From positions 1,440,001 through 1,504,000 of the forward strand of contig OY969559.1 in the NCBI GenBank assembly GCA_963701075.1: DNA of 64,000 bases. The letters run 5' to 3'. The notes beneath the pieces were generated by a model. It was not told where the DNA came from and ran no database searches. It was given only the letters and a program-made list of their open reading frames with translations. Source of the stretch: an uncultured Nitrososphaerota archaeon. Its GTDB lineage: Archaea > Thermoproteota > Nitrososphaeria > Nitrososphaerales > Nitrosopumilaceae. Shown here in pieces: positions 49,443 to 58,859 of the stretch. The translations under genes were made by a program, and so were the position numbers. The stretch's first letter is position 1. Every line of letters begins with the position of its first letter.

Positions 49443-51504
49443 ATTAGTAAATTTTCTCTCTCATGCAAACACTAGACTTGAATTTGATAACGGAGTGACA
49501 GTCTTTGTTGGACCAAATGGGGCTGGAAAGTCCAGCATAATAGATGCGATAACATTTGCACTGTTTGGAGAACACATTAGAAAATCTACAAAAGGATTAC
49601 TGCGCAGAGGAAGCAGTCAGGCATATGCCAAAGTGGAATTTTCCATCGGAAATAGACAGTTTGAGGCAGTACGTAAGATAGACCCAAAGGGAACTGTGTC
49701 GGCTCAGCTTTACGAAAAGATCAATGGAGAGACAGTTCCACTGGCGGCAGGAGAAAGAAAACAATTTGGGGAATCCATGACACAGACAATAGAATCTCTG
49801 ATAGGACTTGATTTTGAGAAACTCAAGGTGGCATCCATTGTACAGCAAGGCGAATTGCAATCAATCATTGAGGCAGACCCAAAAAAATTCAAAGAACTCG
49901 TTAATGCAATAATTGGAATAGACAAACTTGACACTGCATATGAAATTATGAAAAAAACAATTGATGCGTTTAGGATATCTGTGAAGACTAGACTGGATTA
50001 CGATGATACCAGTATAGAGTTTCTTCAAACCAAGATGGATTCATCGTCAAAAGAGATCTCGTCTTTAGAACCTCAAAAGAAGAAACTAGAAGAAGAAAAA
50101 GCAATACAGGAACAGGAATTTTTTACATTACAGAGTAAAATAGAGAGCGATGCACCAAAAGAACTCAAGTCAAAAGAGATAGAAAAAAGAAAAGACGAAC
50201 TTGTGTTATATTTGAGAAATGCCGTAACATCCATCAAAAGAGAGATTACTGAAAAAGAAAGAAAACTTGCGGAATGTGCTAGTAGTTTACCAATTTTGTC
50301 CGCCAAACCACAGGTAGATTATGAGACAAGACAAGTGCAACATGACCTGGAACGAATACGAAGTGAATCAAAAGAGATAGGCGAAAAAATAGCCAAGATA
50401 AAAGGACAGCAAGAGATTGCTGGCAAGCTACAGATGATAGATGGAAAATGCCCCGTGTGCGATTCCAAAGTAGACCATATCAATCCCTTGTTTGAAGAAG
50501 AACATCTACGCATAGAACTTGAGGCTCTGAGAAAGAGAGGCGAAATTCTCTCCCAAGAAGAATTTGCCAATCAAAATAAGAAAAAAGAGATAGATTTGAA
50601 AACTCAGCAGATCATAAAGGCAGAAAGCGTCCTGTCCTCAAACAACATCAAGAGTCAAGAGGATTTGGCAAGACTAAAAGAAGAAATTTTGAGTTTACAA
50701 ACTAATATCAAAGAAGTTCCTCTCGAAGTTAGTACAACAGGAAATCTGACACAGTTTGCAATAGATGAGTATTCAACGGATGCAATAAGATCAATATTAT
50801 CACTAATAGAAGAAACAAAAGACTTTGACGTTGTAAGCTTTAGAAACATCAAATCAAAACTTGAACCGCAACGAAGACTTCTCAGTACACTAGATCAAGA
50901 ACTAGGTGCTATGACCACTAGGCTAAAGTTTCACAAAGAAGAGACTGAGAAAATTTTGCAGATATTAGAAGAGCTGCATCATGTGAAGCAATATGTTTCA
51001 AGTCTTGAAACTATTCGTGGACAGATTTACAACAGGGACGGTCCTGTTGCCACAAGCCTTCGCTCATGGGCGCTTGGAACTATATCACAAAAGGCCTCAG
51101 AGTACTTGACTACATTTAACGTAAAAATTCAGAGAATCATTCTTGAAGACAAAGCAAGAGATATTGGAATTACGTGCTATTCTGGTAATTCCACATTGGA
51201 TTTAGAATCGTTGAGTGGAGGAGAGAAGGTAAGTGTTGCTCTGGCATTACGTCTTGGCATGGCACACCTCATGGGGTCATCGAGCCTGAATTTCATTATT
51301 CTTGACGAGCCAACTACACATTTGGATCAAGAGAGGAGAAAATCTCTTGTAAGTGTACTCTCACAGGCCTTTGAATCAAACGTGGATGCCATATCTCAAT
51401 TCATTATAATTACACATGATTCAGAGATCTTTGAAAACTCTAACATAGATGCGATATATGATTTCAAGTCAACGCCAGAAGGAACACTGGTTACGCCAAT
51501 TTAG
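49426..51504 (+). CDS. rad50: Rad50 SMC-family ATPase
   Basis: NFLSH, GPNGAGKSS, zinc hook CPVC, LSGGE and LDEPT.HLD. Confidence 0.96.
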   Translation: MLRSVELVNFLSHANTRLEFDNGVTVFVGPNGAGKSSIIDAITFALFGEHIRKSTKGLLRRGSSQAYAKVEFSIGNRQFEAVRKIDPKGTVSAQLYEKINGETVPLAAGERKQFGESMTQTIESLIGLDFEKLKVASIVQQGELQSIIEADPKKFKELVNAIIGIDKLDTAYEIMKKTIDAFRISVKTRLDYDDTSIEFLQTKMDSSSKEISSLEPQKKKLEEEKAIQEQEFFTLQSKIESDAPKELKSKEIEKRKDELVLYLRNAVTSIKREITEKERKLAECASSLPILSAKPQVDYETRQVQHDLERIRSESKEIGEKIAKIKGQQEIAGKLQMIDGKCPVCDSKVDHINPLFEEEHLRIELEALRKRGEILSQEEFANQNKKKEIDLKTQQIIKAESVLSSNNIKSQEDLARLKEEILSLQTNIKEVPLEVSTTGNLTQFAIDEYSTDAIRSILSLIEETKDFDVVSFRNIKSKLEPQRRLLSTLDQELGAMTTRLKFHKEETEKILQILEELHHVKQYVSSLETIRGQIYNRDGPVATSLRSWALGTISQKASEYLTTFNVKIQRIILEDKARDIGITCYSGNSTLDLESLSGGEKVSVALALRLGMAHLMGSSSLNFIILDEPTTHLDQERRKSLVSVLSQAFESNVDAISQFIIITHDSEIFENSNIDAIYDFKSTPEGTLVTPI

Positions 51505-51995
51505 CCGCCAGTCAACTTTGCAAATCGCTCGTTCTTGCAAAGACTTTCCATAAACTTCAAGTTAGACAATGCCACTACTGCAGAATCTCTTACCTGTTCG
51601 CTTGAATCCTCAAGTGCTTTTTGCAGTGTCTCTTTTGCGTCTTGAGATCCAATCACACCAAGGGCAACAGCTGCTTCATGTCTAACAAATAGACTAGGAT
51701 CATTTCTGGTTGCATCTTCTAGTGGAGATATTCCACTTCTCAAACACATCTGCCCTAGAGAAAACGCAGCCTCGTGTCTTACCAATTCATTGGAATCTTT
51801 CTTTAGCACACTTGCAATATATGGAATGACATCTTCTCCACCCATGTCAACCAGAATACAAACTGCTCTGCACCTAATTACAAAGTCTTCATTATCCAAT
51901 AGGTTGACAAAATATTCCTTGTCCTTTTTCTCATATCTTTCTTCCATTTCAGATAAAAGGTCAAGGCGGTCTTTAGGAATAAGTTCCATGCACAC
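51501..51995 (-). CDS. HEAT-repeat protein resembling one half of deoxyhypusine hydroxylase
   Basis: LVRHEAAFSLGQM and FVRHEAAVALGVIG His-Glu motifs in PBS-lyase-type HEAT repeats. Confidence 0.8.
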   Translation of the reverse strand: MCMELIPKDRLDLLSEMEERYEKKDKEYFVNLLDNEDFVIRCRAVCILVDMGGEDVIPYIASVLKKDSNELVRHEAAFSLGQMCLRSGISPLEDATRNDPSLFVRHEAAVALGVIGSQDAKETLQKALEDSSEQVRDSAVVALSNLKFMESLCKNERFAKLTGG

Positions 51996-52029
51996 AATTT
52001 TATAATCGCATATTTATTTCAATGACTGT

Positions 52030-52488
52030 ATGAGTCGATTACGATATTGGAAATTAACAATAGAAGATCTCAGAAAGGCACAGTATGATCCAAAAAAAGT
52101 ACTAATCTGGGAAATAAAATGCACCAAGGATGACAAGGGCACACATTTTGGAGTTTTCTGTTACAGAAATGGTACCCCATGGGATTACACATCCGTTCAT
52201 GGTATTGTCTTTTATCACAATCAGATAACTCAACAAGAAATAGGAAAGATAACCGATTTTCTCAAGGGCAAGTTTGGCGGCGAACCGGCAGAAAAAGGCA
52301 GTAGAATATTTTTAAAGAATTCAAGGGAGATTTACGCACCAAATGAGATAGCAGACCTTGCAGTTCAGATAGGAGACACCTTTGAGGCAAGTACAGAATT
52401 AACGGTCGAATTAGAGAACTTTACAGTCCCCGAACAGGAACAAAGCAACTTGCCTTCAAGCAAGATTCTCCCCATACCTGGCAAGTAG
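52030..52488 (+). CDS. Hypothetical protein
   Basis: 152-aa ORF with a TATA-like element just upstream. Confidence 0.75.
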   Translation: MSRLRYWKLTIEDLRKAQYDPKKVLIWEIKCTKDDKGTHFGVFCYRNGTPWDYTSVHGIVFYHNQITQQEIGKITDFLKGKFGGEPAEKGSRIFLKNSREIYAPNEIADLAVQIGDTFEASTELTVELENFTVPEQEQSNLPSSKILPIPGK

Positions 52489-52522
52489 ATAAATAGGGTT
52501 TTGACAAAGTCTAAGATCTCTG

Positions 52523-53320
52523 ATGGATAGGTCAATGACGATCATGGAGCATCTGGAGGATCTAAGAAAGCGAGTCTTCAAGATGATCATTGCGGTAGGA
52601 GTTGTTACTTTCTTTATTTTAGGATTCCATTTGAATCCATTTATCTACAATGGGATTCATCTGTACTATCCAACTTTTAGTCCTTTTAACAACATTGCAG
52701 CGCAAGCTACCGTTGTCATGAAACATAACCTGCTTCCACCTTCAGTACAATTAATTCAGACAGCTCCAGGGCAAGCATTTTTTGCACAGTTTTATATTGC
52801 AGTTCTACTCGGCGTTGCCATAAGTATGCCAGTCATAATAAGAGAGTTCATGGGATTTCTAACACCGGCACTTGGTAAGAAAGAGACGCAAATAATAAAA
52901 TCTGTCACATTTCCCGCAATTGGCCTTTTTGCAGCAGGTTGCTTGTTTTCATACTTGGTTGTTACTCCATACACGTTAGCATTTCTCTACAAGTATGGCG
53001 AATCTGCAGGTCTTCTTACTTTTCTTAACGTGGTAGACTTTATCACGTTTGTATTGCAGTTTGCACTAGCATTTGGCATATCATTTCAGCTTCCACTCAT
53101 AATGTATGCAGTAACTGCGTCTGGAATGGTTGGTGAGAAATTCTGGAGAAACAACATAAAGTGGGCCGTAATTGCGATGGTGATTTTAGGAGCTGCGATA
53201 ACACCTGATGGGAGTGGTGTTACAATGTGGTTTGTTGCAGGTCCGCTGATAGGACTATACCTCATAGGCATGTTCCTCTCAGAGAGACACGCAAATCAGA
53301 TTGCAACACTTAAATCTTAA
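52523..53320 (+). CDS. tatC: Twin-arginine translocase subunit TatC
   Basis: EHLEDLRKR, F.TPAL..KE, FG.SFQLP and AAITPD.S. Confidence 0.95.
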   Translation: MDRSMTIMEHLEDLRKRVFKMIIAVGVVTFFILGFHLNPFIYNGIHLYYPTFSPFNNIAAQATVVMKHNLLPPSVQLIQTAPGQAFFAQFYIAVLLGVAISMPVIIREFMGFLTPALGKKETQIIKSVTFPAIGLFAAGCLFSYLVVTPYTLAFLYKYGESAGLLTFLNVVDFITFVLQFALAFGISFQLPLIMYAVTASGMVGEKFWRNNIKWAVIAMVILGAAITPDGSGVTMWFVAGPLIGLYLIGMFLSERHANQIATLKS

Positions 53321-53341
53321 TCTGCCGCATTAAGAGCACTC

Positions 53342-53519
53342 ATGGCATATGAGAATGTAATAATTATTGTTGTAGTTATCGCAGTGCTTATTTTTGGAGC
53401 GAAAAAGATCCCAGAGCTGAGCTAGAACATTTGGCAAGGCAAAAGGGGAATACGAGAAAGGAAGAATAGAAGCAGACAAGGAACTAAAAGAGTTCAAAGA
53501 CAAAGAAGAACTCAAGTAA
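53342..53519 (+). CDS. tatA: TatA/E subunit, split by a 1-nt insertion at about 53419; absent from the ORF track
   Basis: MAYENVIIIVVVIAVLIFGAKKIPEL joins ARTFGKAKGEYEKGRIEADKELKEFKDKEELK once one base in GAGCTGAGCT is removed. Confidence 0.9.
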
Positions 53520-53556
53520 AGAACGCTTTTTTACCCATACAAAAAGAGATATTCCA

Positions 53557-54649
53557 TTGATCAAAAGATCAGAGATTCAAAAAATAGTAAAAGAATACTC
53601 GGATCTCTCTATAGGTACACTTGGTAGCCACTCCGCCCTTGAGATAATGGATGGTGCCAAAGATGAAGATTTTAGGACAATAGTAGTATGCCAAAAAGGC
53701 AGGGAAGTTCCGTACAAAAGATTTTCACGAATTGTCGACGAAATGATCATAGTCAATAAATTCAAAGACATGCTCTTGCCCAAGATTCAATCAAGGCTTA
53801 GGTCATCAGACACCATAATAGTTCCACACAGAGGCTCTTACTGCATATCTTGGATATGAAGCAGTAGAAAACAAGTTAAAGGTGCCGTTGTTTGGAAATC
53901 GCTCACTCTTTCAGGCAGAAGAACGTGCATACAAGAAGAACCAATACTATCTGCTACAAAAGGCCAAGATAAGACTGCCCAGAATTTTCAAAGACCCAAA
54001 AGACATAGACAGACCTGTCATAGTAAAGGTTCAAGAAAAGACACGCAAGTTAGAAAGAGCTTTTTTTATAGCAACTTCTTATTCAGATTACAAAGATAAA
54101 ACTGAAAAGAAAATCAGACAGGGATTGATATCAAGGGACGCATTAAAGGTTGCAAGCATTGAAGAATTCATAATTGGCACCTACTTTAATTTCAATTATT
54201 TCCATACACCAATATCAGACGAGGTAGATTTTCTTGGAATTGAAAGGAGGTTACAGACGAACATTCATGACTTTGTTTCATTGCCAGCAAAGCAACAACT
54301 TGAGACAAACATAGAATTGCAAAACATCGAGGTTGGTCACACGCCTGCCAGTATACGCGAATCGTTGCTAGAAAAGGTAATAGAGACAGGAGACAAGTTT
54401 GTGTCAGCAGTAAAAAAAGAATATCCCCCCGGCATCATAGGCCCATTTTCGCTTCAAAGTGTAATCACAAAAGACTTGGAGATAATAGTATACGATGTAT
54501 CACTTAGAGTTCCAGGCAATCCAATTCTTGCAACTACCAGTCCATATACAAAATACAAGTATGGAACAACTTTTGGCGTAGGCAGAAGAATAGCAATGGA
54601 GATAAGAAAAGCACAGCAAGAAGGAAAACTCGAAGAGATAGTAACCTAG
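53557..54649 (+). CDS. purP: PurP-family formate:AICAR ligase (ATP-grasp), split by a 1-nt insertion at about 53833
   Basis: IGTLGSHSALEI.DGAKDE, P.FGNR, EVGH.P..IRESLL, IIGPF.LQ and GRRIA.EI. Confidence 0.9.
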
Positions 54650-55071
54650 GCTTCCATTTTTTCTTTTAAAAGATTTTTTCTGACAAGTATCGGTATATTG
54701 TAAAATGATGCCAGTGCAATGGCATCGGATGCCCTGTAGTTTCGCATGACAAGATCATTTTTTCCTGTAAAGTAAAGATTGGCACGCAGTACACTCCCAC
54801 TTTCATACACTTTTATCCTAACAAGAACTAATTCGTTGACTTCAGCAATTTCCTCAATCATGTTGTATATTGTAGGTATTGCGCCTCTTTCTCCTTCAAT
54901 AAAATTTGTAATGTGTCTTGCAACCTCTCCTGAAAATGCCCTTATGTGAAATTCTTTACCATCATCAGCTCGCAGTATAACCAGACCTTCTACGCCATAT
55001 GGATCAATAAAACCAACGTAGGTGATCTTAGTCTCCGCATAATCAGAATCTTGAGGCTCGTCTATCTTCAC
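54646..55071 (-). CDS. Bifunctional nuclease domain (DUF151) protein
   Basis: P..Y......, A.L.F and RASDAIALA...NIPI.V. Confidence 0.85.
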   Translation of the reverse strand: MKIDEPQDSDYAETKITYVGFIDPYGVEGLVILRADDGKEFHIRAFSGEVARHITNFIEGERGAIPTIYNMIEEIAEVNELVLVRIKVYESGSVLRANLYFTGKNDLVMRNYRASDAIALASFYNIPILVRKNLLKEKMEA

Positions 55072-55158
55072 GGCTATTCTTTATCGAGCGCCATTGCAGA
55101 TAAATACTTTGAAAAAAACAGATAGAATTTAATGTCACCGTGTCACGTTTTTTACTAG

Positions 55159-56001
55159 TTGGAAAAACAAAGCACAGTACACCGTTCACACAGAATGTTG
55201 ATCACTGTTGGATTTGTAGCAATAGCTGCATCATTTCTTGCCTATGCAAGAAATGATGAGATTACCATAACTCCCGCGGCTATGCCAGCATTGCAGAATT
55301 TGGCAGTAGCAACATATGTCATTTTATTCACGTCATTTGGTGCAATAGGATGGGGTTTGTACAAGTTTTACAAAGCCAAGATAGAGCTTCCTGATTCATC
55401 AACTGCTTCGATAATTTCTAACGCCATAAACAACAAGAGGGCAAAACAGATCTTTATCATAAGTGCTATAGGATATGGAATATTTTTCGGACTAACGTCT
55501 GGGATGATCCTCTACAAGCCAGAGATCAATGCAACAGACTATGGTTTCCCAACTCCTCCACATATTGAGCTCTCCCCTTGTTGTGATTTGCCAGGATACA
55601 TGCCAATGATATTTGCCTTTTTCACAGAACATGTAGGATTACAAATCGTTCCAATAAACTTGGTTCTTCTTGTTGCAGTGTCCTTTCTAGTTGGATTGAA
55701 TTTTGCCCTTTCTGCAACCACGTTTACAGTAGCAAGAGGTGCAGGAAAGTTTGGCGCGTTTGGTGCAGTAACAGGACTCTTTGTCGGGTGCCCCACCTGT
55801 GCTGGCACGGCCTTTACAATGCTTTTTGGCCTGGGAGCTAGTGCAACAGGTGTAACATTGTTTTTGACCAGTTATGAAGCACAACTTCAAACTATATTCA
55901 TAGCTGCTTCAATTCCTGTGTTAATTGCCACTCCATTCATCATGGCAAGAAAGATAAGAAAAGCACAGAACGGAAGTTGTGCATTAGAGCCTAAGCAATA
56001 G
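55159..56001 (+). CDS. Multi-pass membrane protein with CC and CxxC motifs
   Basis: About six TM helices, plus PCCDLPG and GCPTCAG. Confidence 0.8.
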   Translation: MEKQSTVHRSHRMLITVGFVAIAASFLAYARNDEITITPAAMPALQNLAVATYVILFTSFGAIGWGLYKFYKAKIELPDSSTASIISNAINNKRAKQIFIISAIGYGIFFGLTSGMILYKPEINATDYGFPTPPHIELSPCCDLPGYMPMIFAFFTEHVGLQIVPINLVLLVAVSFLVGLNFALSATTFTVARGAGKFGAFGAVTGLFVGCPTCAGTAFTMLFGLGASATGVTLFLTSYEAQLQTIFIAASIPVLIATPFIMARKIRKAQNGSCALEPKQ

Positions 56002-56245
56002 ATTTTGTAACCTGAGGGGTTTTCCAGTCTCCAATATTGTAACCATCTTGTCGCAAATATTTTAGAGTAAGCTTGTAGACCAACTCGTCATTGTCAGAGA
56101 CTTCTAGAATTTCTTTCCAAGTGACCACTCCTGTCTGCTCTATCTTCTTTTCAAGTTGAGAAGAGACAGATTTTGCTATCTCTCGGCATTGATCAAATGT
56201 TTTACCATTTTTGTAAGCTCTTGTCCTTGAATCACAGGCGTCCAC
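55991..56245 (-). CDS. Hypothetical protein
   Basis: 84-aa ORF beginning MDACDSRTRAYKNGKTF. Confidence 0.7.
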   Translation of the reverse strand: MDACDSRTRAYKNGKTFDQCREIAKSVSSQLEKKIEQTGVVTWKEILEVSDNDELVYKLTLKYLRQDGYNIGDWKTPQVTKSIA

Positions 56246-56318
56246 AGTTCACAGAATACATGACCTAAATAAAAAGTTCAATTTTTTGAGTTTATTTAAT
56301 AGAAGAGTTTTAAACTAA

Positions 56319-57251
56319 ATGAGATTTATAATTTGTCAATTGCTAACAGATAACAAACAGAAATTTGTCAACATCAATCCGGTGGATGCGCTTCTTTGGA
56401 CATTTCGTAGAAATGAAAATGATGTCATAAATCTTTACGATGCACTTTCATCCCTAATGCAGATCTCTACTGGAAGCAACATGCTCAACTTTGGATATTG
56501 GAATGAAACTACGTCTGATCCTCATCAAGCACAGATCACACTTTGTAAAACTATTGCAGAGATGGCTGAATTAGAATCAGCAAATGACATACTGGATGTA
56601 GGAAGTGGTTTTTCAGAACCTGCAATTATCTGGAAATCAGAATTTCCTCACATCAAGATATCTTGCCTGAATGTAAATCCACAACAACTCAATTTTGCCT
56701 CAAAAATTCTCAAAGGAAACGGTTCTGCATCAAATCAATGTAATTTTGGTTCAGATCACATTAGCCTTGTCAATTCTACTGCTACAAAATTGCCGTTTGC
56801 AGATAAATCCATGGACAGAATAATCGCCTTAGAGTCTGCACAGCACTTCAAGCCATTTTCAGAATTCATATCAGAAAGTAGAAGAGTGTTGAGGGAAAAA
56901 GGCATCCTAGTTCTAGCCATACCAACACTGGCAAAATCAGCAAAATCCCTTGAGGTTTTCAAGCTTGGCATACTGTCTTTTACGTGGTCATCTGAACACT
57001 ATGATCTTGAAAATATCAAAAAGACAATTACAGATGAAGGATTTAATGTGATTTCTACAGACTTCATAGGCTCAAAGGTATACGAGCCACTTACTGATTA
57101 TTACATGAGAGAAAGAGATGTTTTAAGATCAAAGATATTACAACAATATTCGCCATATGTTGAAAAGATTCTCTTCAAATCACTTTTAAAAATGAAAGAG
57201 GTTTCTGAAAACAAGACCATCGATTACATTCTTTTAAAGTGTGTCGTATAA
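56319..57251 (+). CDS. Class I SAM methyltransferase (sterol/tocopherol methyltransferase-like)
   Basis: LNFGYW, ILDVGSG and AT.LPF.D.S.D.IIALES..HF. Confidence 0.88.
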   Translation: MRFIICQLLTDNKQKFVNINPVDALLWTFRRNENDVINLYDALSSLMQISTGSNMLNFGYWNETTSDPHQAQITLCKTIAEMAELESANDILDVGSGFSEPAIIWKSEFPHIKISCLNVNPQQLNFASKILKGNGSASNQCNFGSDHISLVNSTATKLPFADKSMDRIIALESAQHFKPFSEFISESRRVLREKGILVLAIPTLAKSAKSLEVFKLGILSFTWSSEHYDLENIKKTITDEGFNVISTDFIGSKVYEPLTDYYMRERDVLRSKILQQYSPYVEKILFKSLLKMKEVSENKTIDYILLKCVV

Positions 57252-57493
57252 CAACAAACAAACCCTTATTTTGTAGTACGGCACAGTGTCATCATAATAC
57301 CAGTTCGTCTGGTACCCACTGCGTAGAGTAATTTCTACGCAGGTGCCATTTTATCACAATCCATACTCTACAGGTAAAGCGTGCGTTTCCATCATTAGTT
57401 TTAAGAAATTTGTCATAGAAGATCAAAAAATATGTCGTACACCATTTAAACTAGAGAAAAAGAATTATTAGCACATTTTAACTATCTTGGTAT

Positions 57494-57658
57494 ATGGGCC
57501 TATTTCGAAAAAAAGAAACGCCTGAAACAAAATGTAAAGAGTGTGGCCTAGAATTCAATGACCCTGTACGTTTAGACAGACATATGAAAAAAGCCCACAA
57601 GCATGCGCCACAAAGGAAATCTGACGAACAAGGGTTTTCCACTGGTGGCATGTGGTAA
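57494..57658 (+). CDS. C2H2 zinc-finger microprotein (54 aa), absent from the ORF track
   Basis: MGLFRKKETPETKCKECGLEFNDPVRLDRHMKKAHKHAPQRKSDEQGFSTGGMW. Confidence 0.8.
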   Translation: MGLFRKKETPETKCKECGLEFNDPVRLDRHMKKAHKHAPQRKSDEQGFSTGGMW

Positions 57659-57703
57659 ATTCGCGATAGGTATAATTCACTATTCAAACGGCTATAGAAG
57701 AAG

Positions 57704-58333
57704 TTGGTTACCGCAGAGATACTTAGCAATTTGACGAATTTTATTATTCAAACCATATCAAATTCTGGATATGTAGGAATTTTCTTCCTCATGGTTGCCG
57801 AAAGTGCACTCATCCCCATACCAAGTGAGGTGATCATGCCATTTTCAGGCTATCTTGTCTCAACAGGAAAGTTCAATGTCATACTTGTCATAATGACAGG
57901 CTCCATCGGGAATCTCGTAGGAGCACTGATTGCATATTTTATTGGAGCGTATCTTGGGAGAAGTTTTGTTTTAAAATATGGCAAGTATGTTTTACTCAAA
58001 AAATCTCACCTTGAACTTGCCGAGTCTTATTTTAAAAAATATGGCAACAGATCAACTTTTGTCAGTAGATTATTGCCAGCGATAAGGACGTACGTATCTC
58101 TACCTGCAGGGGTTGCAAAGATGAACTTGAAGAAATTTGCAGTTTTCACTCTAGCAGGCTCTATAATATGGAATACCGCATTAACATACATTGGCCTAAA
58201 ATTAGGCGAGGAATGGAATAGCATCAGAAAGTATTCAGATTATTTTGACGCTGTTGTCGTAATAGTTGTAATAGTTGCCATTATTGCATACTGGAAGAAG
58301 AGAAAGGCCACACAGCCAGTCAACGATCCTTAA
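57704..58333 (+). CDS. DedA-family membrane protein
   Basis: GY.GIF.LM..ES..IPIPSEVIMPFSG and SRLLP.IRT..SLPAG...M. Confidence 0.95.
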   Translation: MVTAEILSNLTNFIIQTISNSGYVGIFFLMVAESALIPIPSEVIMPFSGYLVSTGKFNVILVIMTGSIGNLVGALIAYFIGAYLGRSFVLKYGKYVLLKKSHLELAESYFKKYGNRSTFVSRLLPAIRTYVSLPAGVAKMNLKKFAVFTLAGSIIWNTALTYIGLKLGEEWNSIRKYSDYFDAVVVIVVIVAIIAYWKKRKATQPVNDP

Positions 58334-58601
58334 AATGGCTTAGTTCTTCTAGTATTATTTTGAATATTGTTTCATTATCAAGTAGAACGCATGGAATGTT
58401 GTTTTCCTTGCATGCCTTACCAACTTCGGTGTCTTCTGTGACCATTATCATGCCATTTTCTTCAGCATATTTTATCATAGAATAGTCACTAGTAAGTTTC
58501 TTGCCTTCTGCAACCAGTTTTTTTACACTTAGTGCTTCATATCCAAATTCCTTTAGTTTTGCATCTATTCCATCATACATTGCATCAACTAGCACTTTCA
58601 T
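58320..58601 (-). CDS. Mut7-C/DUF5615 PIN-like protein
   Basis: MKVLVD.M...I...L...GY, SD...I.YA.....I.VTED. Confidence 0.8.
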   Translation of the reverse strand: MKVLVDAMYDGIDAKLKEFGYEALSVKKLVAEGKKLTSDYSMIKYAEENGMIMVTEDTEVGKACKENNIPCVLLDNETIFKIILEELSHFKDR

Positions 58602-58859
58602 AGATTAACCTCAAAAGAGTTCCTATTTTTATCATTTGGTTTTAAGACAGATGACATGCACAATTTGATTTGGATTTGTTTTTCTTGCTAAAAAGATGAT
58701 TTTACATATAATGACATTGATTCTATGAAGACACATATTGCAATTATGTCCTAAAAGGAACCTTTAGAAACATTGCATAAAACTTTTAGATCATGGAGCT
58801 TTCCGTACCACATGAGAAAGGAATCAAAATGCGTATAAACACGTTCATTCTGCCCTAGC

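Noticed and set aside
45930-51504. nurA-herA-mre11-rad50 as a defence-type HerA system
   Set aside because: This is the canonical archaeal double-strand-break repair operon.
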